Positions 62,311-64,000 of a stretch of 64,000 nt of DNA are shown one piece after another. The stretch's first letter is position 1, and every line of letters begins with the position of its first letter. The stretch lies in NCBI RefSeq assembly GCF_006345805.1, contig NC_043006.1:87420001-87484000 (forward strand), written 5' to 3'. Both the position numbers and the translations under genes were made by a program. This stretch comes from Octopus sinensis. Taxonomy: Eukaryota. A model generated the notes under the pieces. That model ran no database searches and was not told the origin of the DNA. It saw only the letters and a list, made by a program, of their open reading frames with translations.

Positions 62311-64000
62311 TTGCCACTTTACTCATTTTTGTTCTGTTCTCTGTTCTTGCTTTGGGATCAATATCTCAGAGATTATATGGAAACAATAAAGTATATATAT
62401 CCCAAATTATCATCATAATTATCATTATCATAAATAACCATAGCAATAGCTGCAACAAGAATAACACAAACTTTGATTCGTGCTTAGAGTTCCTTTCCCC
62501 AATCCATTGAAATATGTCATGCTTCATTTAGACTGCAGCCTTTCTTCAAGGGAAGCAGTGAATAAATCTTACTTCTCTTCAAATAGTATTCAGGTTCCAA
62601 TAACTCCAAATAATATTAAGGTTATAATATTAGGGTTATATCAGAGAGTATGTGGATTAAACATCTGAAAACCAAGGCATTCTAACTGCCAAATCTACAT
62701 GATCATATGATTTATTCTTGATATTGACTAATAAAATAGTCTGATTACGAGAATATGTTATGGATCTATCCACACCAAAGATGATTGCAACTTAACAGGT
62801 TGAAGCTGAGATCTTGCATTTTTGTTTTACATCTAGGGATTATAACATCAAGTATAAGATTAAAAATATTCTTTTTATCATCAGGTAAATTTGATATATA
62901 TTTAAAGGATGGTACACAATAATTTTATAGATGAAATGGATAATATTGAAAATAAATAACAATGTAACGTTTAATCAATGAAAGTACATTCCCAGTGCTA
63001 GGTGAAGACCTTCTTTATATTTCTCCATAAGCTTTGGTTTTATGTGAAATATATCCAATTTCTCCTGACATCCTTGGTTTCTTTTGTGATCTCTTAGAAT
63101 CTATTGCATTACCTATTTCATACCTCTCACTATTTCCAAATCCATTTCAAGTACTTTTCAAATTTGTCAATGACAGTTTCACTTATTGTTAAACCCATTT
63201 TATTGTGGCAGTTTTGCTTATTTTTAAACCCATTTCATTGTTTTCTGGTCCATCCACATAATCCAAACAATAATATCTTTAAGTGCATGTTCAGTTGGTT
63301 CTAGTTTGTTTGTTACTTCTTTTATCAGGTTCCTTGTTTCTATACCACAACAAATTTTGAGGAATGATGCATTGACTAATAACCATTCAATAGCCCACTT
63401 TAAAGGTATCCTCTGGCAAAGAAGAGTTTACTATATAGCTAAATTACTGAAAATTTATTTAATATCATTGTAGGTATATTATACAGGTCTGGTTGATATT
63501 TTCTACTGTGATGCTAGAGAAATTATTAAAATAATAGTAATTCTGTAATGACCATGTCATCAGAAATTCAGGACATTAACCTTAAACCACTGCATTTGCT
63601 CTAGAAATGTTTCCCCTGCCACTGCCCTGTTACTACTGGGGAAAAAACTTATATGGTGACATGATGCACCTACAGTGTGCTAATAGTTAAACATGTATCT
63701 ACTATGTATGTTAATCATTCTATATTTAATTTTTAGTTAATTATTACAACTAATTTAACTTATGCATCTGATGACCCAAAGGAAATCAAAATAACTAAAC
63801 TCAGAGTGCCCAAAGCTATTGATAAGAGGTCAGTTTTGTAATTTCAGTTTGCAAATTATGTAAATCAAATGTTAAGAGAATAGTTGGAGAAGTCATGACA
63901 GAAAATGGAAATAGATCACATAGGTGTTATCAATTTTTAAATCATAATATATTTCTTGGGAAATCAAGTAAAAATATCTTATGAAGTATGGAATTGGCAT

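Noticed and set aside
63130-63260. Minus-strand LDYVDG...MGLKISKT resembling a decayed RT motif
   Set aside because: Too short and degenerate to support a call without a profile search.
63768-63790. CTGATGA...GGAAA
   Set aside because: Stem II of at most 1-2 bp and no stem I/III partner; likely chance.

Overview
AT-rich, microsatellite-dense eukaryotic genomic DNA. The repeat families look like those of an octopus or another coleoid cephalopod (inference, not checked). Only one host coding exon is recognisable: a 646-bp minus-strand exon (28308-28953) encoding the membrane anchor and N-terminal domain of a type II membrane M1 aminopeptidase. No other exon of this gene was found in about 28 kb downstream or 35 kb upstream. 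The rest is intron-like sequence full of mobile elements: RTE LINEs (one 2.6-kb copy with YADD RT, an embedded PHD finger and a 3' UTR 62-bp tandem array), R4/Dong-like RLE LINE fragments at (TAA)n tracts, three tRNA-derived SINE families, a full-length dead Hsmar1-like mariner, Tc1 and maT/DD37D remnants, and Gypsy, Penelope, hAT and Helitron-like fragments. The most unusual structures are a 329-bp near-perfect inverted duplication built from a 489-bp hairpin-rich tandem unit (48412-49353), a degenerate hammerhead-ribozyme core (18726-18771, minus), an apparently identical 538-bp tandem duplication (4875-5950), and SINE target-site duplications that share GGTAT. I found no clearly new biological system; the best leads are mobile-element structures. 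All alignments were done by eye, and boundaries of decayed elements are approximate.
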